Position numbers and translations under genes: made by a program. Positions 1 through 10,476 of a stretch of 64,000 nt of DNA are shown piece after piece. Below the pieces are notes generated by a model, which saw only the letters and a list, made by a program, of their open reading frames with translations, was not told the DNA's origin and ran no database searches. How positions within the stretch are numbered: position 1 is the first letter of the stretch; each line of letters begins with the position of its first letter. The DNA is from Minisyncoccota bacterium (GTDB lineage: Bacteria > Patescibacteriota > Minisyncoccia > Phycocordibacterales > UBA9973), in contig JBAZKU010000001.1 of NCBI GenBank assembly GCA_041650615.1, positions 91,763 to 155,762 of the forward strand, in the 5' to 3' direction.

Positions 1-159
1 GATGTGCGAACAAAAGATCGCTTAAAATATTTAACAATTTTACAAGCATATCCATATACTTGCTGTTATTGCCAGAAAAAAATTGAAGCCTATTATTTAC
101 CCGAATGGGGATATAAGAAAATTGCCTGTGAAGAGTGTTATAAGCAGAATATAAATTAA
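1..159 (+). CDS. C-terminal fragment of a Cys-rich zinc-ribbon paralog (runs off window start)
   Basis: Frame 1 reads ...YTCCYCQKKIEAYYLPEWGYKKIACEECYKQNIN*, resembling the CxxC...CxxCY tail of the neighbouring paralogs. Confidence 0.7.
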   Translation, partial: DVRTKDRLKYLTILQAYPYTCCYCQKKIEAYYLPEWGYKKIACEECYKQNIN

Positions 160-161
160 TT

Positions 162-1874
162 ATGCAAAGCGAAATAAAAAATTGTCAGAACTGCAAAAAG
201 GATTTCGTGATTGAGCCGGAAGATTTTAATTTCTATGAAAAAATAAAAGTGCCTCCGCCGACTTGGTGTCCGGAATGTCGGATGATAAGGAGAATGATAT
301 TTAGAAACGAACGTGTTTTTTATAAAGATGTTTGTAGTTTATGTGGAAAAAATATAATTTCAATGTATAGCCCCAACAATCAATTAAAAATTTATTGTGA
401 TAAATGCTGGTGGGGAGATGGATGGGACGAAATGAATTACGGAATGGAATATGATTGGAATACACCCTTCTTTTCACAATGGATAAAATTATTTAAACAA
501 GTTCCTTTAATTCAAGCTTGGAAGTTTAACAACATTAATTCAGATTACATAAATTATGCCACTGACGATAAAAATTGTTATCTCTCATCTTCTATATTAG
601 ATTGTGAAAATGTTTATTACTCTTATGCTGTTGATAAAAGCCAGTATATATTTGATTCAATATATTCTAATAAGTCTTCTTTGTGTTATGAAAATATAGA
701 TTCTCAAAATAATTATAATAGTATTTTTTTAATAAATTGCAGTAATTGCATAGATTCTGCTTTGTTGTTTGATTGTGTAAATTGTCAAAATTGTTTTCTA
801 TCTTCTAACTTGCGTAATAAAAAATATATTTTCAAGAATATTCAGTATTCTAAACCAGAATATAAATCAAAAGTATCAGAAATAAAAACAGGGGATTTTT
901 CTACTTTGCGAAAATCATTGTCAGAATTTACTGAAATAAAAGAAAAAAAATCAATTCATAAATATATTCAAGTAATAAATGCAATTAAGTATTTGGGAAA
1001 TAATATTGAAAATTCTAAAAATATAATTTTTTCCTTTAATATTTATAATGCTGAAAATATTAAATATTCTGCCCGTGGAGCAAATGGTAAAGATATTATG
1101 GATGTTTATGGAGCAGGAGATTCGGAACTTGTTTATGAAGGCGTTGCTCCGTCATTTAAAGGATCGAACGCACAATTTTGTATAACGAACAGAGCTTCAC
1201 ATAATATAAAATATTCTTTTTTATGTTCTGCTTCCCAAAATCTCTTTGCCTGCATCGGTCTTCGCTCCAAATCCTACTGCATTCTCAACAAACAATATAC
1301 TAAGGAAGAATATGAAGAATTAGTACCGAAAATAATTAAACACATGAACGATATGCCTTATGTTGATAAAAAGGGTAGAGTCTACAAATACGGAGAATTC
1401 TTTCCTTCAGAATTAAGTCCATTTTGTTACAACGAAACCATAGCTCAAGAATACTTTCCTCTAACCAAAGAAGAAGCCTTCAAACAAGGATATAAGTGGA
1501 AAGAGAAAGAAGAAAGAAACTATCAAATAGATATTAAAAATGAAGAGATTCCGAATGATATTAAAGAGGTAGATGATTCAATCATTAATAAAGTGATAGA
1601 ATGCGAACATAAAGGAAAATGTAACGAACAATGCACCGAAGCCTTCAAAATCATTCCAGATGAACTGACTTTCTATAAACGAATGAATCTACCTTTACCT
1701 CATTTGTGTCCCAACTGCAGACATTATCAGAGACTAAAACAACGCAATCCTTTAAAACTCTGGCATAGAAAATGCATGAAAGAAGGATGCAATAATGAAT
1801 TTGAAACCAGCTACGCTCCAGATAGGCCGGAGATTGTTTACTGTGAAAGATGTTATCAACAAGAAGTGTATTAA
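162..1874 (+). CDS. Cys-rich multi-zinc-ribbon protein of unknown function, paralog 1
   Basis: 570 aa ORF; N-terminal CQNC..KVPPPTWCPECR, central CxxCxxC repeats, C-terminal YCERCY. Confidence 0.85.
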   Translation: MQSEIKNCQNCKKDFVIEPEDFNFYEKIKVPPPTWCPECRMIRRMIFRNERVFYKDVCSLCGKNIISMYSPNNQLKIYCDKCWWGDGWDEMNYGMEYDWNTPFFSQWIKLFKQVPLIQAWKFNNINSDYINYATDDKNCYLSSSILDCENVYYSYAVDKSQYIFDSIYSNKSSLCYENIDSQNNYNSIFLINCSNCIDSALLFDCVNCQNCFLSSNLRNKKYIFKNIQYSKPEYKSKVSEIKTGDFSTLRKSLSEFTEIKEKKSIHKYIQVINAIKYLGNNIENSKNIIFSFNIYNAENIKYSARGANGKDIMDVYGAGDSELVYEGVAPSFKGSNAQFCITNRASHNIKYSFLCSASQNLFACIGLRSKSYCILNKQYTKEEYEELVPKIIKHMNDMPYVDKKGRVYKYGEFFPSELSPFCYNETIAQEYFPLTKEEAFKQGYKWKEKEERNYQIDIKNEEIPNDIKEVDDSIINKVIECEHKGKCNEQCTEAFKIIPDELTFYKRMNLPLPHLCPNCRHYQRLKQRNPLKLWHRKCMKEGCNNEFETSYAPDRPEIVYCERCYQQEVY

Positions 1875-2410
1875 TTTTTTACACTTTTAAGAAAAGCGAG
1901 ATTTGTTTCTTCGTCTAATTTATCGGTGACGATAATCATCAATTCGGTTCCCAACCCCAAATCTTTTTTGATGTTTGTAAAAAGATGTTCATACGGAAAA
2001 GGAGAAATCCAGACGGTATTTTTAATGCAAACGAAATCCGCTTTCTTTAAAAGATAACGCAGTGCTTCGCGTTCGTTTTTTCTTTCTTCTGGAATATCTA
2101 AAATTATAATTCTCCAAAAACCATCCCAAGTGGTGGATACAAGTGCGCCTTCTCCCTCAAGCTTAATGGAGTTTAGTTTATTTTTACCTTTTTTTGTTAA
2201 TTTTAAGTAGCTTTTATTATCAGACTGAATCATTTCAACACAGCCTGACTCAACTAAATTCTTTATAGAACGGGTAGTTGCATACATCCCCTCCTTGTTG
2301 AGGAGGGGGGTAGGGGTGGTGATTTTATTCTTTATTTCTTCTAAAGAAATAGCTGGTTTTTCGGCTAAAACTTTAAGAATTTTATTAGAATATTCTTTTC
2401 TGCTTGACAT
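1871..2410 (-). CDS. PaaX-like transcriptional regulator (winged helix + Cas2-like ferredoxin domain)
   Basis: WDGFWRIIILDIPEERKNEREALR...NTVWISP motif preceded by wHTH-like LTKKGK. Confidence 0.75.
   Translation of the reverse strand: MSSRKEYSNKILKVLAEKPAISLEEIKNKITTPTPLLNKEGMYATTRSIKNLVESGCVEMIQSDNKSYLKLTKKGKNKLNSIKLEGEGALVSTTWDGFWRIIILDIPEERKNEREALRYLLKKADFVCIKNTVWISPFPYEHLFTNIKKDLGLGTELMIIVTDKLDEETNLAFLKSVKN
2288..2320 (-). repeat. 33-bp GC-rich hairpin insert, in frame in the PaaX-like gene
   Basis: cccctcctt-gtt-gaggagggg stem plus ggtaggggtggt; encodes TTPTPLLNKEG in an AT-rich gene. Confidence 0.6.
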
Positions 2411-2510
2411 GTGTCTATGTTATCATATATACTCTAATTATACAAGTTTTCAGTGGTCGCAAAATAGTCGTTAAATAAACATTATAAGTAATAAATATAA
2501 TAGTTAATTT

Positions 2511-4421
2511 ATGAGTAAAATAATAGGTATAGATTTGGGTACAACAAATTCGGCTGTCGCTATCATTGAAGGAGGAGCGCCGAAAATTATTGAAAATGTG
2601 GAAGGTAATCGCACTACGCCTTCTGTTGTGGCTATAACAAAAAATGGTGATCGTATCATCGGACTTCTGGCAAAAAGACAAGCAGTTACCAATCCGGAAA
2701 ATACAATTTCTGAAATGAAGCGCTATATGGGCCACCGTTTTGACGATCCCGGAGTACAAAAAGATAAAACTTCTGCTCCTTTTAAAATTGAAGCGGGAGA
2801 AGACGGCGGAGTAAAAGTAAAAATGTCCGATAAATTTTATCGTCCGGAAGAAATTTCTGCGATGGTTTTACAAAAAATAAAATCTGACGTTGAGGCTAAA
2901 TTAGGAGAAAAAATAACTGAAGCAGTTATCACGGTTCCTGCATATTTTAATGATGCGCAAAGAAAAGCGACCAAAGATGCGGGACAAATTGCCGGTCTTG
3001 ATGTAAAACGTATTATTAATGAACCGACGGCTGCCGCTCTTGCTTATGGATTTAATAAAAAGAAAAATGAAAAAATAGTTGTCTACGATTTCGGTGGAGG
3101 AACTTTTGATATATCGGTGCTTGAAATTGGCGATGATGTTATTGAAGTAAAATCAACCGATGGCGACTCGCATATGGGTGGAGGAGATATTGATAGGAAA
3201 GTTATTGCTTGGATTGCCGAAGAGTATAAAAAGGAATCAGGAATTGATATTAGAAAAGATCCGCTTGCTCATCAAAGATTAAAAGAAGCGGCTGAAAAAG
3301 CGAAACATGAACTTTCCACTACCTTGGAAGCGGAAATAAATATTCCGTTCATTACTTCCGATTCTGGAGGACCGAAACATTTACTGATGAAAATGACCCG
3401 AGCCACGCTGGAATCTTTAGCCAAAGAATATATTGATCGTTCTATTGAAATAACTAAAAGAGCGCTTGAGGCATCTCCGTTTAAGATGAATGAAATAAAT
3501 GAGATTGTAATGGTGGGCGGACAAACTAGAATGCCAATGATGGTAGAAGCGGTAAAAAATCTTTTCGGTAAAACGCCGAATATGACCATTAATCCTGATG
3601 AAGTTGTAGCCTTGGGTGCTGCCGTGCAAGGAGGTGTCTTAGCCGGAGATGTGCGGGATGTATTGCTCTTGGACGTGATACCGCTTTCTCTTGGTATTGA
3701 GACATTGGGAGGGGTAGCTACAAAATTAATTGATAGAAATACAACTATTCCAGCTTCTAAATCTCAAGTATTTTCAACAGCAGCTGATAATCAGACTTCT
3801 GTGGAAATTCATATAGTACAAGGGGAACGCCCGATGGCATCCGATAATAAATCTCTCGGTAGATTTATTTTAGATGGGATTCCACCAGCTCCTCGCGGTA
3901 TACCGCAAGTGGAAGTTACTTTTGATATTGACGTGAATGGAATATTAAATGTAAAAGCGATGGATAAAGCTTCTGGCAAAGCCCAGTCAATTAAAATAGA
4001 AGCAAGTTCGGGATTGAAAGAGGAAGATATTAAAAGAATGCAAGCGGATGCCGAATCGCATGCTGAAGAAGATAAAAAGAAAAAAGAAATTGTGGATGTA
4101 AAAAATACGGCGGAAATGATTATTTACACTGCTGAAAAGGCATTGAAAGACAATGAAGCAAAAATTCCAACCGATGTGAAAGAAAGTGTCAACACAAAAA
4201 TAACTGCTTTGCGCGGAGTAAAAGATGGCACTGATACGGAAGCAATTAAAAAAGCTACCGAAGAACTTTCCAATGAAATGTCTAAAATCGGCGAAGCCAT
4301 GAGCAAGGCCGGAGGAACACCTCCTCCAGGTGCTTCAGCTCCCGAAGAGCAGGGGCCAGAAGTTCATGATGCAGAATTCAAGGAGGGGGATAAAGGTAAA
4401 GAAGAACCTCCGAAACAGTAA
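2511..4421 (+). CDS. dnaK: Chaperone DnaK (Hsp70)
   Basis: [17 protein letters not shown] and NPDEVVA motifs. Confidence 0.99.
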   Translation: MSKIIGIDLGTTNSAVAIIEGGAPKIIENVEGNRTTPSVVAITKNGDRIIGLLAKRQAVTNPENTISEMKRYMGHRFDDPGVQKDKTSAPFKIEAGEDGGVKVKMSDKFYRPEEISAMVLQKIKSDVEAKLGEKITEAVITVPAYFNDAQRKATKDAGQIAGLDVKRIINEPTAAALAYGFNKKKNEKIVVYDFGGGTFDISVLEIGDDVIEVKSTDGDSHMGGGDIDRKVIAWIAEEYKKESGIDIRKDPLAHQRLKEAAEKAKHELSTTLEAEINIPFITSDSGGPKHLLMKMTRATLESLAKEYIDRSIEITKRALEASPFKMNEINEIVMVGGQTRMPMMVEAVKNLFGKTPNMTINPDEVVALGAAVQGGVLAGDVRDVLLLDVIPLSLGIETLGGVATKLIDRNTTIPASKSQVFSTAADNQTSVEIHIVQGERPMASDNKSLGRFILDGIPPAPRGIPQVEVTFDIDVNGILNVKAMDKASGKAQSIKIEASSGLKEEDIKRMQADAESHAEEDKKKKEIVDVKNTAEMIIYTAEKALKDNEAKIPTDVKESVNTKITALRGVKDGTDTEAIKKATEELSNEMSKIGEAMSKAGGTPPPGASAPEEQGPEVHDAEFKEGDKGKEEPPKQ

Positions 4422-4431
4422 ATAATTTTTC

Positions 4432-4463
4432 CCGGACACCTTCCGGACACCTGGTGTCCGGAA
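4432..4463. repeat. REP-like palindrome with a preceding half copy
   Basis: ttccggacacc-t-ggtgtccggaa (4441-4463) preceded by ccggacacc. Confidence 0.65.
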
Positions 4464-4464
4464 C

Positions 4465-4502
4465 CAAAACAAAAAGCCCTTTTAAAAGGGCTTTTTGTTT
4501 TG
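4465..4502. terminator. Intrinsic terminator after dnaK
   Basis: caaaacaaaaagccctttt/aaaagggctttttgttttg inverted repeat with T-rich tail. Confidence 0.8.
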
Positions 4503-4536
4503 ATAAAAATTTAATTTTAGGGTATAATTTACCCGT

Positions 4537-6624
4537 ATGGAGTTGCACGAGTTACCTAAAAATAAAGAAATAACATATATTGGTTATACCACTTACCGGG
4601 ATAAAAATCAGCTTTTTGGCATAAAACGCAAAGATAGGCGTCAGCATGTTTATATCCTCGGAAAATCCGGTACCGGTAAATCTGCGTTGATGTTCAATAT
4701 GATTATTCAGAATATTGAAAACGGCGACGGAGTTTGCATGGTTGACCCGCACGGGGAAAATGTGGAAGCAATTTTATCAGCTATTCCGCCGCACCGCATG
4801 AAAGATGTCGTTTATTTCAATCCGGCAGATACAGATTTTCATATTGGATTTAATGTTTTGGAACTCATTGACCCAAAATACAAACACTTAGTGGCTTCAG
4901 GGCTTATGGGTATTTTCACAAAAATTTGGGCGAACGCTTGGAGCGCTCGAATGGAATACATTTTAAATAATGCGATTTTAGCATTACTTGATACTCCAGG
5001 TTCAACTCTTCTCGGTATTCCTAGAATGCTAGTGGACAAAGATTATCGACAAAAAATAATCACCAATTTAAAAGACCCTGTAATCAAGGCTTTCTGGGTG
5101 CATGAATATGAGGCCTGGCAGGATAAATTCAGAAACGAAGCTATCGCGCCGATTCAAAATAAAGTCGGACAATTTCTTTCCACTTCCATTATCAGAAATA
5201 TTGTCGGTCAATCTATCAGTACCATAAATATTTTTGACATAATGAATGAAGGCAAGATTTTTCTGGTGAATGTTTCCAAGGGGCGTATCGGTGAAGACAA
5301 TTCTTCGCTCTTGGGAGGAATGATCATTACCAAAATTCAGTTGGCGGCTATGGAACGCGTGCGTATCCCGGAAGAAGTCAGAAAAGATTTCTATCTTTAT
5401 GTGGATGAATTTCAAAATTTCGTAACTGATGCTTTCGCTGGTATTTTGTCTGAAGCCAGAAAATATAGATTAAATCTTACGGTGGCCCATCAATACACCG
5501 CTCAACTTATTACGGAAAAAAATTCGAGTGTTCGAGATGCTATTTTTGGAAACGTCGGAACGATGATAGTTTTTAGAGTCGGAGCTGATGATGCGGAATT
5601 TTTGGAAAAAGAATTTGAACCGGAGTTTACCCCTCAAGATATTGTCAATTTGCCAAACTTTAAAGTCTATTTGAAATTAATGATAGATGGTGTATCATCT
5701 CGTCCGTTTTCCGCCAAGACTCTTCCGCCGATGGTAAAATCAGGCAATAAAGAAGTGGAAGAAGAAGTTATAAAAACTTCTCGCGCCCTTTATTGCAGGC
5801 CGAGAGAAGTAGTGGAAAGAGAAATAAATGATTGGAGCGGAATGTCCATCGGTGATGATAGTAATTCCGGTGGCGTAGAAAAATTTCCGGCTATATGCTC
5901 CAATTGCGGAAAAGAAACGACAGTGCCTTTCAAACCGGAGCCGGGCAGGGCAGTATATTGTAAGGATTGTATAGCCAAAATAAAATCTGGAGAAATAAAA
6001 CCGATTGCCGGAGCCACAAAACAAATCAAACAAGATGAGACCAAGTTTTATAAACCCTTGGCTGATTTAGGGATAGAGTTTAAATCAAAAGATGGAACTA
6101 ATGGTATTAATGGAGAAGCAGAAAGATATCCGGAAAGATTAGGTAAGGCCGTACCGCATGATTTTGATAAAAAAATTCCAACTTCCGCAGGAAATGCTTC
6201 ATTTGCGCGTCCGCGAATATTTTCAACAATTAAGAAAGTTTTTACTAAAGGCACTACGAATGAAAAAGCAGCTCCAGTAAAAACAGTGAGAGAAAATCCA
6301 GGGTTAAAAGAGATTTTAAATAAAGCGCTATCTGAAAATAAACCTTCTGTTTCAACACCCATTAAAACTCCAACCCCTGTTTCTGTTCCCACACCAGCCC
6401 CGATTTCTCTTGATGCTCTTAAAACAGTACCTTCAAAACCTGCCCGCAGTGCTACACATGGCGTTGCAGGCGGGGACCGCGCAGCTAGTGCTGAAGATAT
6501 GGATAAATTAAAGAATCTTATTTCAGAGAAAGTTCCCGCGTCCGCGAATAAAGCAAAAGCTTCGCCCGTAGGGACACAGCCGAGGGAAGTTCCGGAAGAT
6601 GTTTTGAGAAAAATTTTAGAGTAA
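4537..6624 (+). CDS. TrwB/TraD-like (HerA/FtsK superfamily) ATPase with a CxxC-x17-CxxC domain and low-complexity tail
   Basis: Walker A GKSGTGKS, DPHGE, Walker B YVDEFQ, SEARKY, AHQY; CSNC-x17-CKDC. Confidence 0.85.
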   Translation: MELHELPKNKEITYIGYTTYRDKNQLFGIKRKDRRQHVYILGKSGTGKSALMFNMIIQNIENGDGVCMVDPHGENVEAILSAIPPHRMKDVVYFNPADTDFHIGFNVLELIDPKYKHLVASGLMGIFTKIWANAWSARMEYILNNAILALLDTPGSTLLGIPRMLVDKDYRQKIITNLKDPVIKAFWVHEYEAWQDKFRNEAIAPIQNKVGQFLSTSIIRNIVGQSISTINIFDIMNEGKIFLVNVSKGRIGEDNSSLLGGMIITKIQLAAMERVRIPEEVRKDFYLYVDEFQNFVTDAFAGILSEARKYRLNLTVAHQYTAQLITEKNSSVRDAIFGNVGTMIVFRVGADDAEFLEKEFEPEFTPQDIVNLPNFKVYLKLMIDGVSSRPFSAKTLPPMVKSGNKEVEEEVIKTSRALYCRPREVVEREINDWSGMSIGDDSNSGGVEKFPAICSNCGKETTVPFKPEPGRAVYCKDCIAKIKSGEIKPIAGATKQIKQDETKFYKPLADLGIEFKSKDGTNGINGEAERYPERLGKAVPHDFDKKIPTSAGNASFARPRIFSTIKKVFTKGTTNEKAAPVKTVRENPGLKEILNKALSENKPSVSTPIKTPTPVSVPTPAPISLDALKTVPSKPARSATHGVAGGDRAASAEDMDKLKNLISEKVPASANKAKASPVGTQPREVPEDVLRKILE
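6439..6474 (+). repeat. 36-bp in-frame hairpin insert
   Basis: cctgcccgcagtgcta-caca-tggcgttgcaggcggg; encodes PARSATHGVAGG. Confidence 0.7.
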
Positions 6625-6636
6625 AATTGGCGGGGA

Positions 6637-6672
6637 AAGGTCTTGCCTTAAGGGAGTTCAAGGCAAGACCTT
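6637..6672. repeat. REPIN-like inverted doublet
   Basis: aaggtcttgcctt-N10-aaggcaagacctt; each half is itself an imperfect palindrome. Confidence 0.7.
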
Positions 6673-6687
6673 GAGAAGCCAAGATAT

Positions 6688-8415
6688 ATGAATAATGCTA
6701 GTGAAAAGAAAATATGTCAAAACTGTCATGCTGAATTTACCATTGAGCCTGAAGATTTTAAATTTTATGAAAAAATAAAAGTTCCACCACCGACTTTTTG
6801 TCCTGAATGCCGAACGGTTCGGCGTTTATGCTGGAGAAATGAAATGTCTCTTTTTAAGAGAAAATGTGATGCAGAAGGACATGACGAAAATGTTATTACC
6901 ATCTATCACCCCGACGAAAAACTCACAGTATATGATATAAAATCTTGGTGGGGAGATAAATGGAATGCTGTTTTACACGGAAAAGATTATGACTTCTCCA
7001 AACCATTTTTTCAGCAATGGAAAGAGTTGCGCGACAGCATCCCGCTTCAATGTCTTTCGAATTCAAAAGCAACAAATAGCGATTATTGCAATGTTGCCGA
7101 AGAAAGTAAAGATAGTTATATGTCTTCAGCTTCCTGGAAAATAGAAAAGACATTTTATTCAAATAGGATAGGAGAAACCAAAGAATCTTCAGATCTTTAC
7201 GTAGTTCATAAGTCTGAGCTTTGTTATGAAGATATATTTTGCACGGATTGTTATCATACTTTGTATTCCCTAAAGTGCAAAAATTGTGTAGATTCATATT
7301 TTTTGTATGATTGTAACGGTTGCATAGATTGTTTCGGATGTAGTAATCTTCGAAGTAAGTCATATTGCATGTGGAATGAACAGCTTACAAGGGAAGAATA
7401 TATGAACCGTTTGGCGAAACTGGATCTTAAAAGTTACAAAACGATACTTGAATCAAAAAAGAAATTTGACGAGCTTTACCTAAAATCAATTCATCGTTTT
7501 GCCAACCAGATTAGAATAATAAATTCTACCGGCGATAATCTTGATGGAGCAAAGAACTGTAAGGCATGTTTTGATACATTTGACCAAGTGGAAGATTGTA
7601 AATATTCTCATTGGAACATACGCGTGAAAGATGCATATGATTCAGGCCCAGGGGGTGGAGAAGGAGAATTGATGTATGAAATATTTGACACTGGACTGGG
7701 TAATTTTCGCAATTTATTTACTAATGTAGTTTATAGTTCTAATGACATTGAATATTCTTTTTATTGTTATGGTTGCTCATATTTATTTGGATGTATCGGT
7801 ATAAGAAATAAAAATTATTGCATTTTAAATAAACAATATACAAAAGAATCCTTCGAGGAACTCAGGACAAAAATCAAAGAGCAGATGAATGAAATGCCAT
7901 ATATTGATAAAAGAGGAATTGTCTATAAATACGGAGAATTTTTTCCAGCTGAAATTTCTCCATTTTGCTACAATGAAACTCAAGCGCAAGATTATTTTCC
8001 ATTAACCAAAGAAGAAGCGCTTAAGAGAGGGTATAGATGGCGGGATAGAAAAACTAGTGATTATGTAACGACAATACAGGCCGAAGATCTTCCAGATAGC
8101 TTGGATGATACTCCAGATTCTATTACTGAAGAGATTATAGGTTGCTTGCATAAAGGAAAATGTAAAGATCGCTGTTTAGGGGCCTTTAAAATAACAGAGA
8201 ACGAGTTTAGATTATATCACCAACTCGGAGTACCACTGCCACGCCTTTGTTTTATTTGTCGTCACGAAGCCAGATTAAGAAAACGCAACCCTATGAAATT
8301 ATGGCGCCGAAAGTGTATGAAACCTGGTTGTTCCAATGAATTTGAAACAACTTACGCTCCCGATAGGCCGGAAATAATTTACTGCGAGAGTTGTTATAAT
8401 AAAGAGGTGTATTAG
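6688..8415 (+). CDS. Cys-rich multi-zinc-ribbon protein, paralog 2
   Basis: Same terminal motifs as 162..1874 (KVPPPTFCPECR; YAPDRPEIIYCESCY). Confidence 0.85.
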   Translation: MNNASEKKICQNCHAEFTIEPEDFKFYEKIKVPPPTFCPECRTVRRLCWRNEMSLFKRKCDAEGHDENVITIYHPDEKLTVYDIKSWWGDKWNAVLHGKDYDFSKPFFQQWKELRDSIPLQCLSNSKATNSDYCNVAEESKDSYMSSASWKIEKTFYSNRIGETKESSDLYVVHKSELCYEDIFCTDCYHTLYSLKCKNCVDSYFLYDCNGCIDCFGCSNLRSKSYCMWNEQLTREEYMNRLAKLDLKSYKTILESKKKFDELYLKSIHRFANQIRIINSTGDNLDGAKNCKACFDTFDQVEDCKYSHWNIRVKDAYDSGPGGGEGELMYEIFDTGLGNFRNLFTNVVYSSNDIEYSFYCYGCSYLFGCIGIRNKNYCILNKQYTKESFEELRTKIKEQMNEMPYIDKRGIVYKYGEFFPAEISPFCYNETQAQDYFPLTKEEALKRGYRWRDRKTSDYVTTIQAEDLPDSLDDTPDSITEEIIGCLHKGKCKDRCLGAFKITENEFRLYHQLGVPLPRLCFICRHEARLRKRNPMKLWRRKCMKPGCSNEFETTYAPDRPEIIYCESCYNKEVY

Positions 8416-8451
8416 TAAAAATTAATGAACGAAGTGAATATAATTTTTTTA

Positions 8452-8503
8452 ACCCTGTTAAATAATTTTTTATAAAAATTGTTCAAAGGACATTTAACAG
8501 GGT
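8452..8503. repeat. Intergenic hairpin element
   Basis: accctgttaaat...atttaacagggt inverted arms. Confidence 0.6.
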
Positions 8504-8542
8504 AATGATTTTAATACTCATTTCTTTCATTTAAAATCAATT

Positions 8543-10318
8543 ATGCAAGCTGAAACAAAAAATTGTCAGAATTGTAAAAAGGATTTCGTGATTGAACCGG
8601 AAGATTTTAAATTTTACGAAAAAATAAAAGTTCCTCCACCGACCTGGTGTCCGGAGTGTAGGCTTATTCGGCGGCTTGTCTATCGTGAAGATAGACCTCT
8701 GTATAAAGATAAATGTGATAAATGCGGTAAAGATATTATAAGTATTTTTTCTCCAGGAAATCCTTTTGTAGTTTATTGTCAACCTTGTTGGTTTGGAGAT
8801 TCCTGGGATGGAAAAGATTATGGTAGAGATTATGATTTTTCAAAACCGTTTTTTGAACAATTTTATGAATTACAAAAAGTTGTTCCTAACCAGGCCACTG
8901 GTTCAAAAAATTCAGAAAATTGTAATTACTCAAATGGTAATATTCGTTGCAAGAATTGCACTTTAACCTTTGACGGTTATGAATCAATTAACTGTTACAA
9001 CTGTCAAACCCCTGGTTTTGTTCGTGATTCAATAGATTCAGATATTTTAATAAATGGTGATCATTGTTATGAGACCGTAAATTCAAATAATGTGTATAAT
9101 ACAAGATTTACTTATTTTTCTAATGATTGTTTAGATTCCTCTTTTCTTTTTAATTGTATGGGATGTTCAAATTGTTTTTGTTGTGTGAATTTAAGAAATC
9201 AAAAGTATCAAATTTTTAATAAACAATACACAAAAGAGGAATATAGAAAAGAAATAGAAAAATGGGATTTGGGAAGTTATGAAATTACCCAAGAGGCAAA
9301 AGAGAAATTCTGGAAATTTTGCAGTAAAATTCCCAGACGCTTTTCTTTAATTGTAAATTCTAAGAACGTTACAGGTGAGGATATAAAAAATACAAAAAAT
9401 TGTCAAAATTGTTTTTCTACCCTTATGGGTGTAGAAAATTGTAAATACATATTACTTTGTGGTTTATTATTGAAAGACAGTTATGATGTTACCTTAGGTG
9501 GGGGTACTTCAGAACTTTATTATGAAAATTCCGGCGGAATGCAGTCTCAAAGATGTTTTTTTGGTCGTGCCCCTTATAATTCAAAAGATATTGAATATTC
9601 GGAAAAAGTTTACAATTGTTCAAATTGTTTTGGCTGCACAAAATTAAAGAATAAACAATATTGTATCTTAAATAAACAATATACAAAAGAAGAGTATGAA
9701 AAATTAATTCCTAAAATTAAAAAACACATGGATGATATGCCTTATATTGATAAAAAAGGCAGAACCTATAGATATGGCGAATATTTTCCAAGTAAATTTT
9801 CTTTGTGGGCATACAATGAAACGTGGGCGCAAAAATATTTCCCTTTGACAAAAAAAGAAGCATTGGAAAAAGGTTTTAACTGGTATGACGAAGAAGGGAG
9901 AGATTATAAAATAACAATTAAAGCACAAAATTTACCGGACAATATTGTAGATGTCCCCGATTCTATTTTAGAAGAAATTATAGAGTGCGAACATAAAGGA
10001 ACTTGCAATGAACAATGCACAACAGCCTTTCGTATATTACCCAATGAATTGCAATTTTACAGACAAATGAATTTGGCTTTACCTCATTTATGTCCGAGTT
10101 GTCGTTATGGGCAACGTATTAAAAAGAAAAATCCACCGAGATTATGGCATAGAAAATGTATGTGTAATGGGGTAGAATCAGAAGGAGGTATTTATAAAAA
10201 TACTATTAAACATTCTCATGGGGACGGTGAGTGTAAAAACGAGTTTGAGACGGCGATAGGGCCGGAGAGAAAAGAAATAGTATATTGCGAGAAGTGTTAT
10301 CAAGCTGAATTTGTATGA
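8543..10318 (+). CDS. Cys-rich multi-zinc-ribbon protein, paralog 3
   Basis: Same terminal motifs (KVPPPTWCPECR; IVYCEKCY). Confidence 0.85.
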   Translation: MQAETKNCQNCKKDFVIEPEDFKFYEKIKVPPPTWCPECRLIRRLVYREDRPLYKDKCDKCGKDIISIFSPGNPFVVYCQPCWFGDSWDGKDYGRDYDFSKPFFEQFYELQKVVPNQATGSKNSENCNYSNGNIRCKNCTLTFDGYESINCYNCQTPGFVRDSIDSDILINGDHCYETVNSNNVYNTRFTYFSNDCLDSSFLFNCMGCSNCFCCVNLRNQKYQIFNKQYTKEEYRKEIEKWDLGSYEITQEAKEKFWKFCSKIPRRFSLIVNSKNVTGEDIKNTKNCQNCFSTLMGVENCKYILLCGLLLKDSYDVTLGGGTSELYYENSGGMQSQRCFFGRAPYNSKDIEYSEKVYNCSNCFGCTKLKNKQYCILNKQYTKEEYEKLIPKIKKHMDDMPYIDKKGRTYRYGEYFPSKFSLWAYNETWAQKYFPLTKKEALEKGFNWYDEEGRDYKITIKAQNLPDNIVDVPDSILEEIIECEHKGTCNEQCTTAFRILPNELQFYRQMNLALPHLCPSCRYGQRIKKKNPPRLWHRKCMCNGVESEGGIYKNTIKHSHGDGECKNEFETAIGPERKEIVYCEKCYQAEFV

Positions 10319-10422
10319 TAAAAAAAATAAAAGCAAAATTAGAATATTTTAAACAAGTTCTACCAATGATTTGGCAAGTAATTAAATTTCGCGTTAAAGT
10401 CTGGTGGCATAATGTTTTTTAA
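10315..10422 (+). CDS. Putative 35-aa basic amphipathic small protein
   Basis: ATGA overlap with the upstream stop; MIKKIKAKLEYFKQVLPMIWQVIKFRVKVWWHNVF*. Confidence 0.45.
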   Translation: MIKKIKAKLEYFKQVLPMIWQVIKFRVKVWWHNVF

Positions 10423-10476
10423 ATTACCCTAAAGAAGTTTATTGAAAATAAGGTAAAAATATGCTAAAATAACCAT

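Noticed and set aside
1871-2410. Cas2-like domain suggesting a CRISPR-Cas system
   Set aside because: It is the ferredoxin-like domain of a PaaX-type regulator; no cas1 and no repeat-spacer array were seen in the window.
162-10318. Diversity-generating retroelement acting on the Cys-rich paralogs
   Set aside because: No reverse transcriptase and no template/variable repeat pair with adenine-specific differences were seen; the similarity fits ordinary paralogy.
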